Shown here: positions 37,074-45,856 of the stretch, one piece after another | Layout of the letters: every line of letters begins with the position of its first letter | How positions within the stretch are numbered: position 1 is the stretch's first letter | Source of the DNA: a virus | Taxonomy: Duplodnaviria; Caudoviricetes | Length of the DNA: 54,093 nucleotides | Strand: one strand, 5' to 3' | IMG/VR virus record: IMGVR_UViG_3300012931_000024 | Location: 1-54,093 of that record | The notes under the pieces: model-generated | Databases searched by the model: none | Told to the model about the DNA's origin: nothing | What the model saw: the letters and a program-made list of their open reading frames with translations, nothing else | Translations under genes and position numbers: made by a program

Positions 37074-38671
37074 TAGGTCGCCTGTGGGTCGGTCTGGAGA
37101 ATCGGGGTTACTGCCAAGCCAGAAGCCCCGAAGGAAGTATCGAGGGTGAAATCTTTGTACCCATACTTCCGAACCCGGGCTTTAACATCGAAGGCTCCGG
37201 TATAGATAACATTGTCAGACAATTCTTGAGTGGCGTCCGCCAGGACATCCAACAGGGGTACATAGAGGTCTCCAGACTGGCCGGTCGGATCCGGAGTCAC
37301 GCCAGTAAAGGTCGAACCGGAGAAACCAGTGTAGGCAAACACAGTATCTCCAACCCGCAAGGAACCACTCTGGGGAACTTTGTTGGCGTTAATTGCGCCG
37401 GTGCAGACGATGGTATTGGAAGTCACATGGTCGATGGTGTATTGATTTTTGATGATTGAAGTACCACTTCTCTCAGCTACCAGAATGCGGCACCCAGACA
37501 GATCGGCATGGGCCACAGAGACCTTCTGAAGGCTGGGCGGAATCTGCTGATCGCCGTCAGCATCAATCAACTGGAAGGTGGCCGCAGCATAATTGGTGAC
37601 CCACACGCCCCTGGCACCAAAGAATGTGCCACCAGCAAAGGTACCAAACGGTGCCTGTTTGACATCGGTGTAAGTTCCTTCAATGCAGGAACGATATTCC
37701 TCACCAGCATCAGCGTTAAGGGTAATCTCGGAATTATGCCTGGCAGCATATTTCAGAAATTGGTACACCTGTTGCATGGTGCGTCCGGCACAGTTGATCT
37801 CCACTTTGTAAGGCTGAGGTCCGGCGCCGTTGTTCAAATCCCGGCTGATGTCCCCAAAGGCGATGGTAATATCATCGTATGCAGCGATAACCTCGGTGAA
37901 CGCCGTAACTGCATCATTGGTGGTCGTGGTGCCGGTGTCACCTGCGGTGCGGCTGGTCCGCTCTTTGATGGTTTCAGAAACTTCAAAGATACCCTCAACC
38001 TGACAGAGGTAGAGCCTGCTGTTGGCCACATCCACATACTGGATACGACCACTGGCTGTGGAAGTATTGCCGTAGGCATAATTGCCAGCGTCGAATCCAG
38101 TCACAGAGGCCACATGCAGATAAATATCGCCGGTCAGGAGATAGTTCAGGTCTTGGAAGGTGTTGATACCAACCGGGTTTCGACCGCCTCCAGAAAGGTC
38201 CACGAAATTATGGTCATAAAGGCAATCAGAATCTCGGGACATGACCAGGACGTTGCCGCTGTCTATCAGGACACCTCCGGTCTTGACCAGTATGAGAATA
38301 TCTATATTGCCAGGCTCCCACCAGGGAGTCACCTCAGCATCGCTCTGTATCAGATAAATCATGCTGGAACGGTACTGATCACCGATGGAATACAAGTTGG
38401 CCCAAAGTTCGTCCCCATCAGCGGACTCAATGGACCCACCTTTCAAAAACTTAAAATCTGTAGTGGGGGCACCAAACGCCCAGCCGTTAATAAACCTGAA
38501 CACGGTCGGGGTATCAGATACGAAAGCATAATCATCATCCATCTGAGCTTGAGCCGCAAACTTCGCAGCCAGCCATTGGAAGAAAGCCAATACTGTAAAG
38601 ACTTCAGTTCCACTTGTATGTGAAACAGTCTTGGCAGTATAATTAACAGTCCAGTTGGTTTCGAGTGACAT
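37073..38671 (-). CDS. putative virion structural protein
   Basis: 532 aa, Thr/Gly-rich; GGAGG SD; C-terminal RVRKYGYK...DPQ shared with the upstream gene; higher GC. Confidence 0.65.
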   Translation of the reverse strand: MSLETNWTVNYTAKTVSHTSGTEVFTVLAFFQWLAAKFAAQAQMDDDYAFVSDTPTVFRFINGWAFGAPTTDFKFLKGGSIESADGDELWANLYSIGDQYRSSMIYLIQSDAEVTPWWEPGNIDILILVKTGGVLIDSGNVLVMSRDSDCLYDHNFVDLSGGGRNPVGINTFQDLNYLLTGDIYLHVASVTGFDAGNYAYGNTSTASGRIQYVDVANSRLYLCQVEGIFEVSETIKERTSRTAGDTGTTTTNDAVTAFTEVIAAYDDITIAFGDISRDLNNGAGPQPYKVEINCAGRTMQQVYQFLKYAARHNSEITLNADAGEEYRSCIEGTYTDVKQAPFGTFAGGTFFGARGVWVTNYAAATFQLIDADGDQQIPPSLQKVSVAHADLSGCRILVAERSGTSIIKNQYTIDHVTSNTIVCTGAINANKVPQSGSLRVGDTVFAYTGFSGSTFTGVTPDPTGQSGDLYVPLLDVLADATQELSDNVIYTGAFDVKARVRKYGYKDFTLDTSFGASGLAVTPILQTDPQAT

Positions 38672-38686
38672 AAGCCATTCCCTCCA

Positions 38687-40234
38687 TTAAGTTTGCTGTG
38701 GGTCAACCACCAAAGTAACTGGCAACAAAATATTAACTGAGCTAATATCAATTAGCATTTTAAAGTTTTTGTAACCATATTTTCTAACTCTCCACCTAGC
38801 TCCAGAAACTGCCGACCCGGTATAACTTGTGGAAATATATCCATCTCCATAAGTCGGGTCATAAGCTGTCTGCCCATTCAGAATAAAAGGTGATTGGTCA
38901 TTATCATCTATGTAAGCATAACAACCATTAATACCATTACCAGCTTCGTCCTTAACCAGCATTGCTAAGGTGATGGAAGCTTGAAGGGTAGTTGTCCCTG
39001 GAGGAACGCCAGTCTCCTCATGAGTTGTTGGGTCAGCACCATTAACTTTATTAACTACAACGGCAGCACTACTTCCAGAGTTTCTAACATCTTTGGTATT
39101 GTTATAAAACCGCATATTGTCAAAAGTGTATGTCCCAGCAGCTGGAATATGAGTTGCAGCAGGATTATTAATAAAATTGCAATTTTTAACCTTATGGGAT
39201 TCACTTGAAATCCTCAAACCTTTATCATCAGCCTGCACAATATTAGAGTTCTCAAAAACACAAGTATCAGGTAGGATTTCCCCACACTGGTTAAAAGTAC
39301 AGTTTAAAACTTCCCGCCCTGATGCGTCAGCAGGCAAATAAACATCGCCAGCATTGTTAAAGATACTTCCATACAATTTGAGAATATCAATATTGGTATC
39401 ATCTAAATCCAAGAGATATGACTGGACCCCTTTGACAATTACACCGCCATAGCCTTGAGTTCCAGCCTTATTCCCAAATTGAAAATTAATAGTACCTGTA
39501 GCATTCCCTTCTATTTTAATTTTGTACAGAGTTGAAGCAACCTTAGGATTATCCACAAACATCATAACCTGGTTAATATCTTTAAAATCTATATTTACCC
39601 CAGCTGTGGTGTTGCCAAAAATTAACTCACCTTGAATAAAATAAATACCATTAACCTTACTGACAATTCCATACTTGGCAGCCACATCCGCCGTATAGAT
39701 ATTTTCCCAGGTGATTTGGTCGGCAGCACCAGACGTAATCCTGAGGCCCGAACCATAATGTAAGAAGTCCCAAAAACAGTTGTTGACTGTAGACTTGCCA
39801 GTGGTATAAAAGTTTACGCCAATATATCTATGAACTGTGGGGTCATAGGTGCCACTCGAAGGACCATCATTTGTCGCTTCAGCCGAACAGCAATATCGTT
39901 GCCAGCCACCAGGATAATTATCAGAACCGCCAATGTAGATGGTCTTATAAGCTCCATTTTTGTCCTCCAGATAAATCCTGAGACCGCCATTGGCCTTGGT
40001 ATTCAGGGTTGACGTACACATGAACCAGACATAAAAATGCTGTCCTGACATGTTTACGCCATTAACCCCCCCTTGGTCAAACTTGGCAACTGTACCGAGA
40101 GTCGCAGAAATCTTAAGGGCTAAACACCCTACACCCTCAAGCATTTTCTCAGTATCAACGGCTCCGCTTGACCATCCAGTTGTGGCGTCGCAGTTGCTAA
40201 TGGGAGTCAAAAGAGCGGTGAGGGAGATTGCCAT
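38687..40234 (-). CDS. putative virion structural protein with beta-helix-like segment
   Basis: Repeats SIFNN, CTFNQ, CVFEN, CNFIN, MRFYN; C-terminal RVRKYGYK...DPQ. Confidence 0.65.
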   Translation of the reverse strand: MAISLTALLTPISNCDATTGWSSGAVDTEKMLEGVGCLALKISATLGTVAKFDQGGVNGVNMSGQHFYVWFMCTSTLNTKANGGLRIYLEDKNGAYKTIYIGGSDNYPGGWQRYCCSAEATNDGPSSGTYDPTVHRYIGVNFYTTGKSTVNNCFWDFLHYGSGLRITSGAADQITWENIYTADVAAKYGIVSKVNGIYFIQGELIFGNTTAGVNIDFKDINQVMMFVDNPKVASTLYKIKIEGNATGTINFQFGNKAGTQGYGGVIVKGVQSYLLDLDDTNIDILKLYGSIFNNAGDVYLPADASGREVLNCTFNQCGEILPDTCVFENSNIVQADDKGLRISSESHKVKNCNFINNPAATHIPAAGTYTFDNMRFYNNTKDVRNSGSSAAVVVNKVNGADPTTHEETGVPPGTTTLQASITLAMLVKDEAGNGINGCYAYIDDNDQSPFILNGQTAYDPTYGDGYISTSYTGSAVSGARWRVRKYGYKNFKMLIDISSVNILLPVTLVVDPQQT

Positions 40235-40237
40235 GAA

Positions 40238-40717
40238 CTATCCTTGTTTGACAAGCCTATCATAAAGACAGGCATAAGCAACAGCATCAGCCCAGAGATT
40301 TTCTACTTTTGGAATTGTTACCCAGGTTTTGTTTTCTCTGCCAGGGGTTATCTTAGGGCCAAAATCTCCACCAAAAACATAAACCACATCTTCAGGATGC
40401 TGAAATTTCGGAAGTTCTATTCCTTTAACCCCAATTTCTTCTAAAGATTTAGCATTTTCCAGATAGACAAATTGAACAGTTGGATAAGTCCTCTCAATTT
40501 CTTCCAAACTATTATATGCCTCAAAGATAATCCCAGAGTCAGCATTCTGGAAATATTGAAGAATATGGAATCTAGTGCGGTCAACTACAAAAAGAATGGT
40601 AACTCCAAGATTTCGTAAGTTGAATATCCAACGGTCAAGGACATTCTCAATAGCGCCTGTTCGTAATGACATGGCATTTGATACTGTATCATCCAGAAAG
40701 AAAACAACTGCAATCAT
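40238..40717 (-). CDS. SPOUT (SpoU/TrmH-like) methyltransferase-fold protein
   Basis: LPKFQHPEDVVYVFG.D...WVTIP...L...AVAYACLYDR matches the SPOUT knot motifs. Confidence 0.7.
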   Translation of the reverse strand: MIAVVFFLDDTVSNAMSLRTGAIENVLDRWIFNLRNLGVTILFVVDRTRFHILQYFQNADSGIIFEAYNSLEEIERTYPTVQFVYLENAKSLEEIGVKGIELPKFQHPEDVVYVFGGDFGPKITPGRENKTWVTIPKVENLWADAVAYACLYDRLVKQG

Positions 40718-40718
40718 T

Positions 40719-41252
40719 TTAACCTCCGAGCCTATGGGCCATTTCAGCCCTATCCCGTAAAGTGATAGTAGCTTCGACCCTATCCTTCCAGATTTTTGGC
40801 AGTCGATTTTTAAGCCAGAATAGAACAGCAGTTGGATTAGCAGGTTGGTGCTTATTACTTGTCTTGATTTTCTTTCCTATTAAAGTTTCAGCCCTCAAAC
40901 CATTTTTCTCATTTACTAAAAATTCCTCTTCCACCGTAATTTCTTGAAAATTATAACCCAAAGCCAATTGATACAAAGACATTTGTACTTGCTGGTCAGG
41001 TTTCCGTTTTCCCAAAGTCAATGCTTCTCTGAGTTTTGGGTCTCTCTGAAGATGGGTCTCAAAGGTATTTTCATTCATATTGAGACATAAGGCAATCTCA
41101 TGGTTGAACAAACCCATCTCAGCCAATAGCCGGACAAGAAAATACCGACTAATCTTAATTTCTTCCTCAATACCAGCTAAACAAGTAGATGCACCAGGAA
41201 TATTGTAAACTTCTGGAACAACACTATATTCTCGCCGTTTTAATCTACTCAT
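40719..41252 (-). CDS. terS: terminase small subunit
   Basis: N-terminal HTH; SLYQLALGY and PANPTAVLFWLKNRLPKIWKDR motifs. Confidence 0.82.
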   Translation of the reverse strand: MSRLKRREYSVVPEVYNIPGASTCLAGIEEEIKISRYFLVRLLAEMGLFNHEIALCLNMNENTFETHLQRDPKLREALTLGKRKPDQQVQMSLYQLALGYNFQEITVEEEFLVNEKNGLRAETLIGKKIKTSNKHQPANPTAVLFWLKNRLPKIWKDRVEATITLRDRAEMAHRLGG

Positions 41253-41263
41253 AACTGTCCTTT

Positions 41264-41464
41264 CTAAATGTATCCCATTGATTTGGCAACTGCTTTGGTC
41301 ATTCCTTTCGGAATGGAAACCTTTTCTTTCTTTTTCTCCGCAATTGCAAGAACAACTGCTTGATTACAGGAATAACAAGGAAAATCAGGGAGACAAAAGA
41401 TACTTAATTGATTATCAATGCAATCTTGGGGTTTTAATTCCGTCCTATAGCCGTCACAGAACAT
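41264..41464 (-). CDS. Cys-rich hypothetical protein
   Basis: First ORF of the late operon; five Cys. Confidence 0.5.
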   Translation of the reverse strand: MFCDGYRTELKPQDCIDNQLSIFCLPDFPCYSCNQAVVLAIAEKKKEKVSIPKGMTKAVAKSMGYI

Positions 41465-41492
41465 AAGACACCGAGAAGGATAGATTTCCTAC

Positions 41493-41522
41493 TCTATAAA
41501 TGGGCAATTGCATGATTGTCAA
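41493..41522 (-). promoter_or_regulatory. sigma70-like promoter for the late/packaging operon
   Basis: TTGACA-N18-TATAGA on the minus strand in the divergent intergenic region. Confidence 0.45.
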
Positions 41523-41655
41523 GCGTTTTCTTTCTTCCATCTTAACACATTTCATAATATTTTATTTTCCTATAAAATTACTATTTTCATCGTATAATAA
41601 TAAAGAACAATATCTTTATCTAGTTTTGTAACAAAACTACACAGGTAAGAAGCCC

Positions 41656-41859
41656 GTGGCCATCACTAAATTATTTTCACAGCAGAATCTTCAGCATCAA
41701 GAAGTTTGGTATCAGTTGGACACAGGTTGGGGCTGTGGTGGAATCTGTACAGTAAACAGAGTTATCACAAAAACTGCACCAATCTTCAAAAGATTCAGAG
41801 GCCAAACCCTACTTATGCTTCCTGTGCAATACAGAATAACTAAATTAAAGGAGAATTAA
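41656..41859 (+). CDS. hypothetical protein
   Basis: APIFKRFRGQ motif; operon context. Confidence 0.6.
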   Translation: MAITKLFSQQNLQHQEVWYQLDTGWGCGGICTVNRVITKTAPIFKRFRGQTLLMLPVQYRITKLKEN

Positions 41860-42516
41860 ATGGATACTACAGCATGGGATATTTGGGAGAAAGATTTCAA
41901 GAAAGGGGACGAAGTAATCCTAATTGATGATAACACCATGTTTGATTGGGGAATCCTGGACTACAATGACAAAGAAGTAATTCTTTCTTCTGGCAAACGT
42001 CCTGCCCGTCATTATCCACATCACAAGATTGTGTTTATCTGCCATGATGGCTTCCCAGTCAGAAAGTTTCTTGGCCCCTGGCCGCATGAAACCTTTGATG
42101 CCCAACTAATCCCTGAGGTCATGCGGGCTGCCCTCGCCAGCGAAAATGAAGACTATCTGAAAAAAGAATTAAAATCCATCGAAAAAGCTGCCGCCAGTTT
42201 AGGTATTACTGAAAAAGCCTTCTATGACCATCCAACAGTAATATCTGCATTAGAAATCATGAAACAACTATCTAGTCCTTTTGTTACACTTGCAAAAACA
42301 ATCAAAGATACAATCAAAGAAAAAGAACGTAAACGGATATTTTATGGTCATCCAGTTGAGTTCAACCCTATCTCAGTACAATTATTCAACCCAGGCAATT
42401 CAACTACCTGGTTTCATTCCAATCATCCACAAGAAGAAGTCCTCCGGATGGTTGCCCACAATGGACTTATCGGCCAACTTTGGGATTTAGAAGGAGTTTA
42501 TCATTTTGAAATGTAA
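41860..42516 (+). CDS. hypothetical protein
   Basis: AAGGAG SD; 218 aa. Confidence 0.75.
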   Translation: MDTTAWDIWEKDFKKGDEVILIDDNTMFDWGILDYNDKEVILSSGKRPARHYPHHKIVFICHDGFPVRKFLGPWPHETFDAQLIPEVMRAALASENEDYLKKELKSIEKAAASLGITEKAFYDHPTVISALEIMKQLSSPFVTLAKTIKDTIKEKERKRIFYGHPVEFNPISVQLFNPGNSTTWFHSNHPQEEVLRMVAHNGLIGQLWDLEGVYHFEM

Positions 42517-43182
42517 AGAATGCAATAATGAAATCACTGAGGAACAAAGGATAACAATTGAAGGAATGGAAGACCTTTGTTATTCCTGTTATAAAAAACG
42601 CCCTAAGAGAATTTGTATTGACTTTGATGGGGTGATTGCTCAATACTCAGGCTGGAAAGGACCAAATCATTTTGGTGAACCATTTCCTGAAACAAAAGAC
42701 TTTCTTGACCAACTACATAATGAAGGTTATGAAATACATATCCATACTACCAGAAGACCTCCTGATGTAATTGCTTGGATTCAAAAATATGGTTTTGCTA
42801 AAAACTATTTCATCCATGTAACCAACACCAAGATACCAGCAGTTGCCTATATTGATGACCGAGCAATTCTTTTTGTGGCAACTTCTCTTATACTTTAATT
42901 CATCTAAAGAATTTCACTCCTTATTGGAAAAAAGATAAAATAACCGAATTTAGAAACCACATAGAACAAATGTATCAACATTGTCCAACTAATTGCGGTT
43001 CTGGCTTTGATGAAATACTTTGTTATGAATTACATACCCAACCAATTAATCCCAGAATGACGCATAAAAGCTTTAATGGGGGATATAATACCGGATTAAC
43101 CTTTAAAGAACTTGCCCAGAAATGGGGAATTACTCTTCCTTTCTTGGGTGAGTTAATTGCTGACCATTGTAAGAAACTATAA
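42506..43182 (+). pseudogene. HAD-superfamily (5'-nucleotidase-like) protein split by a 1-nt frameshift near 42870-42874
   Basis: ICIDFDGV, HTTR, YIDDRA motifs; the -1 frame continues FCGNF...FTPYWK with no stop into ORF 42970..43182. Confidence 0.6.
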
Positions 43183-43199
43183 AGAAGAATGGAGTTGTT

Positions 43200-43418
43200 A
43201 TGCAGGAGCCTTTAATTATTATGATTCCAGGGTAGCCTACGCCAGATAAGTGTATTAGGATTACAGTTCCTAATCATCTGCGGTTACTTTGGATAAAAGA
43301 TGAAAGAGCCTGGGGTTTTACTCCTGTTCCCGGTTATACATATCGTAGACTTGGTGGTCAAACTGAATGTAAGTTTGAGATTATTGATAATAAACCCCTT
43401 ATGGCTATACCATTTTGA
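43200..43418 (+). pseudogene. 72-codon ORF with an in-frame TAG at codon 12
   Basis: GGAG SD at 43191; ATG 43200; TAG 43233-43235; frame stays open to TGA at 43416-43418. Confidence 0.45.
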
Positions 43419-43437
43419 ACTATAAAGGACAAACCCA

Positions 43438-43650
43438 ATGCCAAGACTAAGTGATTCCATCACCACTTTGGAAGAATGTAAAAAAGAACTTGACACCCTT
43501 GAACAAGACTACAATAAACAAGCAAAAGCCATCAGCCTGGTTAAAAACCTAATAGCTGAATTTTTCACTTTCAGTTGGTCTAAGAGAGGAAGAAAACAAA
43601 CAATAAGATTCTTATGGAGACTTTATAATATCTTAACCCTTAGTCCCTAA
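43438..43650 (+). CDS. hypothetical coiled-coil protein
   Basis: AAGGA SD. Confidence 0.6.
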   Translation: MPRLSDSITTLEECKKELDTLEQDYNKQAKAISLVKNLIAEFFTFSWSKRGRKQTIRFLWRLYNILTLSP

Positions 43651-43724
43651 AATTTCTAAAAAATTTTCTACAGATTTTTCCCCTAATTGTTTTTCCTATT
43701 TCAAATTTCCAGGAGGAAAAATTT

Positions 43725-43919
43725 ATGAGTAAAGTTATTCTTCCAGTTTTAATCAAAGCAAAAGGGCCAGATGATTATTACATGATGGATTCCACTTTAA
43801 CATTATATGAAACAAAAACTATAGGACGTGATGGTAGTAAATTAGTGGTCTTGGAGTTTGAAGGTAAAGTAATTTATGTTCCACTTGAAAAATTACAGAG
43901 AGCATTATCAATCTTTTAA
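43725..43919 (+). CDS. hypothetical protein
   Basis: AGGAGG SD. Confidence 0.7.
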   Translation: MSKVILPVLIKAKGPDDYYMMDSTLTLYETKTIGRDGSKLVVLEFEGKVIYVPLEKLQRALSIF

Positions 43920-44059
43920 TACAGCCAGAAAGAGAAGTAATGGGATGGGGTATCCCAGGTGGTTGGAAAAACTCTAAAAATTGGTCGTGCCGGATACGGG
44001 GACAGTCGACGTTATTTTTCTTTTTTTATGAATTGCTAGGTATATTGGCATAAGACAAT

Positions 44060-44103
44060 AAAAAAAACACGTTACTTGACAAGTAACTATCAAGTAACGT
44101 GTT
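44060..44103 (-). terminator. intrinsic terminator of the GG/CC-poor operon
   Basis: 14-bp inverted repeat AACACGTTACTTGA / TCAAGTAACGTGTT followed by a T-run on the minus strand. Confidence 0.75.
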
Positions 44104-44113
44104 ATTATTGTTA

Positions 44114-44275
44114 TTACTTGTTGTTGTCATTATTGTTCAATTGTTTTAGTTCGTATTGTAATTGTGCAATGTCGAGCAGATACTTAACTCTCATTGCGTC
44201 GCAAGCAACTTTTGCCAGATATGATAAATCAGATAACTTCTGACTTATCATAAAACGCTTGACTGTGATATGCAT
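44114..44275 (-). CDS. 53-aa protein (MHITVKRFMISQKLSDLSYLAKVACDAMRVKYLLDIAQLQYELKQLNNNDNNK)
   Basis: Read manually; TGAGGTAAA SD identical to neighbours; contains no Gly, Pro or Trp. Confidence 0.65.
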   Translation of the reverse strand: MHITVKRFMISQKLSDLSYLAKVACDAMRVKYLLDIAQLQYELKQLNNNDNNK

Positions 44276-44281
44276 TGTAAT

Positions 44282-44386
44282 TTACCTCAGAATAACTTGA
44301 TTGATAACATCACTCAAGTTATTATTAATGTAAGTGTAAATTGCATAGATAACAGAAGCATAAACGCAAGCAAAGACAATTCTCAT
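44282..44386 (-). CDS. 34-aa hydrophobic peptide (MRIVFACVYASVIYAIYTYINNNLSDVINQVILR)
   Basis: Read manually; TGTGAGGTAAA SD; contains no Gly, Pro or Trp. Confidence 0.55.
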   Translation of the reverse strand: MRIVFACVYASVIYAIYTYINNNLSDVINQVILR

Positions 44387-44457
44387 TTTTGTTTACCTCA
44401 CATTATTAAGGCAATGTTATCATAATAACTAACATTGCCTTAATAATTGTTTGATTG

Positions 44458-44934
44458 TTAATTGCCGAAGTTAATATGACACGTTGCGTCATTTATTACT
44501 GAGTAAGTACGCATTGCAACGTACTCACTAAGTAATACTTTGTTGCCATCTTTCTTGACAACATGAGGCAACGTTGTAACGTGTTTGACTTGATAGAAGT
44601 AATAAAGATGATCATACAACAATTGAAAGTCATCTTTATTACTCTTATTCAAGTTACGTTGTAACTTTCTTTCAATATTGCGGCAAACATCTTTGACATT
44701 GACATTCGCTGCAACGTTGACAAGCAAGTTATCTTTTTCAAGTGTAACTTGCTTTTCTTGCTTCTTTGCCTCTGTTGCTTGCTTCTTTTCTTGCTTCTTT
44801 GCTTTGCCAATTAATTTCTCTTTTTCTTTTTCAAGAGAATTAATCTTGTTGTTGATTACTTCTACTTCACGTTGCTTTGACATTGCCTTGCAACGTTGCA
44901 TTACTTCACTTGTTTTCTCTGCATCTTTACTCAT
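44458..44934 (-). CDS. 158-aa basic coiled-coil protein, candidate pre-early gene
   Basis: TGTGAGGTAAA SD; AKKQEK duplication; only 3 Gly, 1 Pro, no Trp. Confidence 0.75.
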   Translation of the reverse strand: MSKDAEKTSEVMQRCKAMSKQREVEVINNKINSLEKEKEKLIGKAKKQEKKQATEAKKQEKQVTLEKDNLLVNVAANVNVKDVCRNIERKLQRNLNKSNKDDFQLLYDHLYYFYQVKHVTTLPHVVKKDGNKVLLSEYVAMRTYSVINDATCHINFGN

Positions 44935-45530
44935 TACATTTACCTCACATTGTCTTTAGTTTGCTATTGTTATTTGCGTATGTAATAGCATCATACATGC
45001 ACAATGCAAACAACAAGATTTTTTATCTTTTGCATTATCGCTCTTTAATTATCAAAGAATTGAACTTCACTATATATATATGCAATACACTTGCCAAAAT
45101 TGCTTGAATAAGTGTTTGATATTATTGATAAAATTAGCTTAATTTTCAAGCTATCTTTTGTTATGTTCAGTCATATAAACATATAATAAGATATGAAAAG
45201 ATATACTCTATTTTATCAGTAATATCAAGCATTTATAAGTTCAATTCTTTAAACGTAAAACCGCTCAAAATTCAATTATTTAAACATGTTTTTCACATAA
45301 TCACATAATCAACATGTTTTTACAATTATGTAATATCAAAACGTCAAAACCTTACATAAACGTCTATACTTTATTTTATACAGATAGAGAAAAAGTGTAA
45401 AGTAAACCGTAAAATTTGACATTGTGAAAAGAAATATTTGTAAAGGATAAGTGTAAAATTCTTGCTTTACACTTGATTTTACACCTTCTCAAAAAGAGAA
45501 TTTTTCTCATTCTGAGATAACTAACCACCC

Positions 45531-45565
45531 GGGCGGCGGTCCCCGCTTAGAAGGGCGGCGGTCCC
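45531..45565 (+). repeat. direct repeat GGGCGGCGGTCCC x2
   Basis: Two 13-bp copies at the right edge of the GG/CC-poor island. Confidence 0.7.
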
Positions 45566-45660
45566 GGCTTTAACCTTTAACCTTCCGGTAGGCTAATAAT
45601 TAATCTTCTTGGCTGGTCGGCGGTGACGGTTCAGAATTGGTAAGGTTGGTTTGGCGGTTT

Positions 45661-45855
45661 TTATTCTATTTCTGTTCTTCCTATTCCGTCTCCATATAAA
45701 GACCGATAATAGTAGTAAGGAATACTTGAACTTACTCTCCACGAATGACATTCCGGGCACCTTTCAGGTGCAGCGTTTCGGTCATTAGAGGGAGTTTCCT
45801 CAGTCCATGTATGATTACATTCAAGGCATTGGTTGTCTCTATAATAGGTTGTCAT
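45661..45855 (-). CDS. Zn-ribbon protein
   Basis: CLECNH...CPECHS. Confidence 0.7.
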   Translation of the reverse strand: MTTYYRDNQCLECNHTWTEETPSNDRNAAPERCPECHSWRVSSSIPYYYYRSLYGDGIGRTEIE

Positions 45856-45856
45856 G

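Noticed and set aside
37508-38623. 371-aa plus-strand ORF
   Set aside because: Antisense shadow of the GC-rich 532-aa gene; no SD or recognisable motifs.
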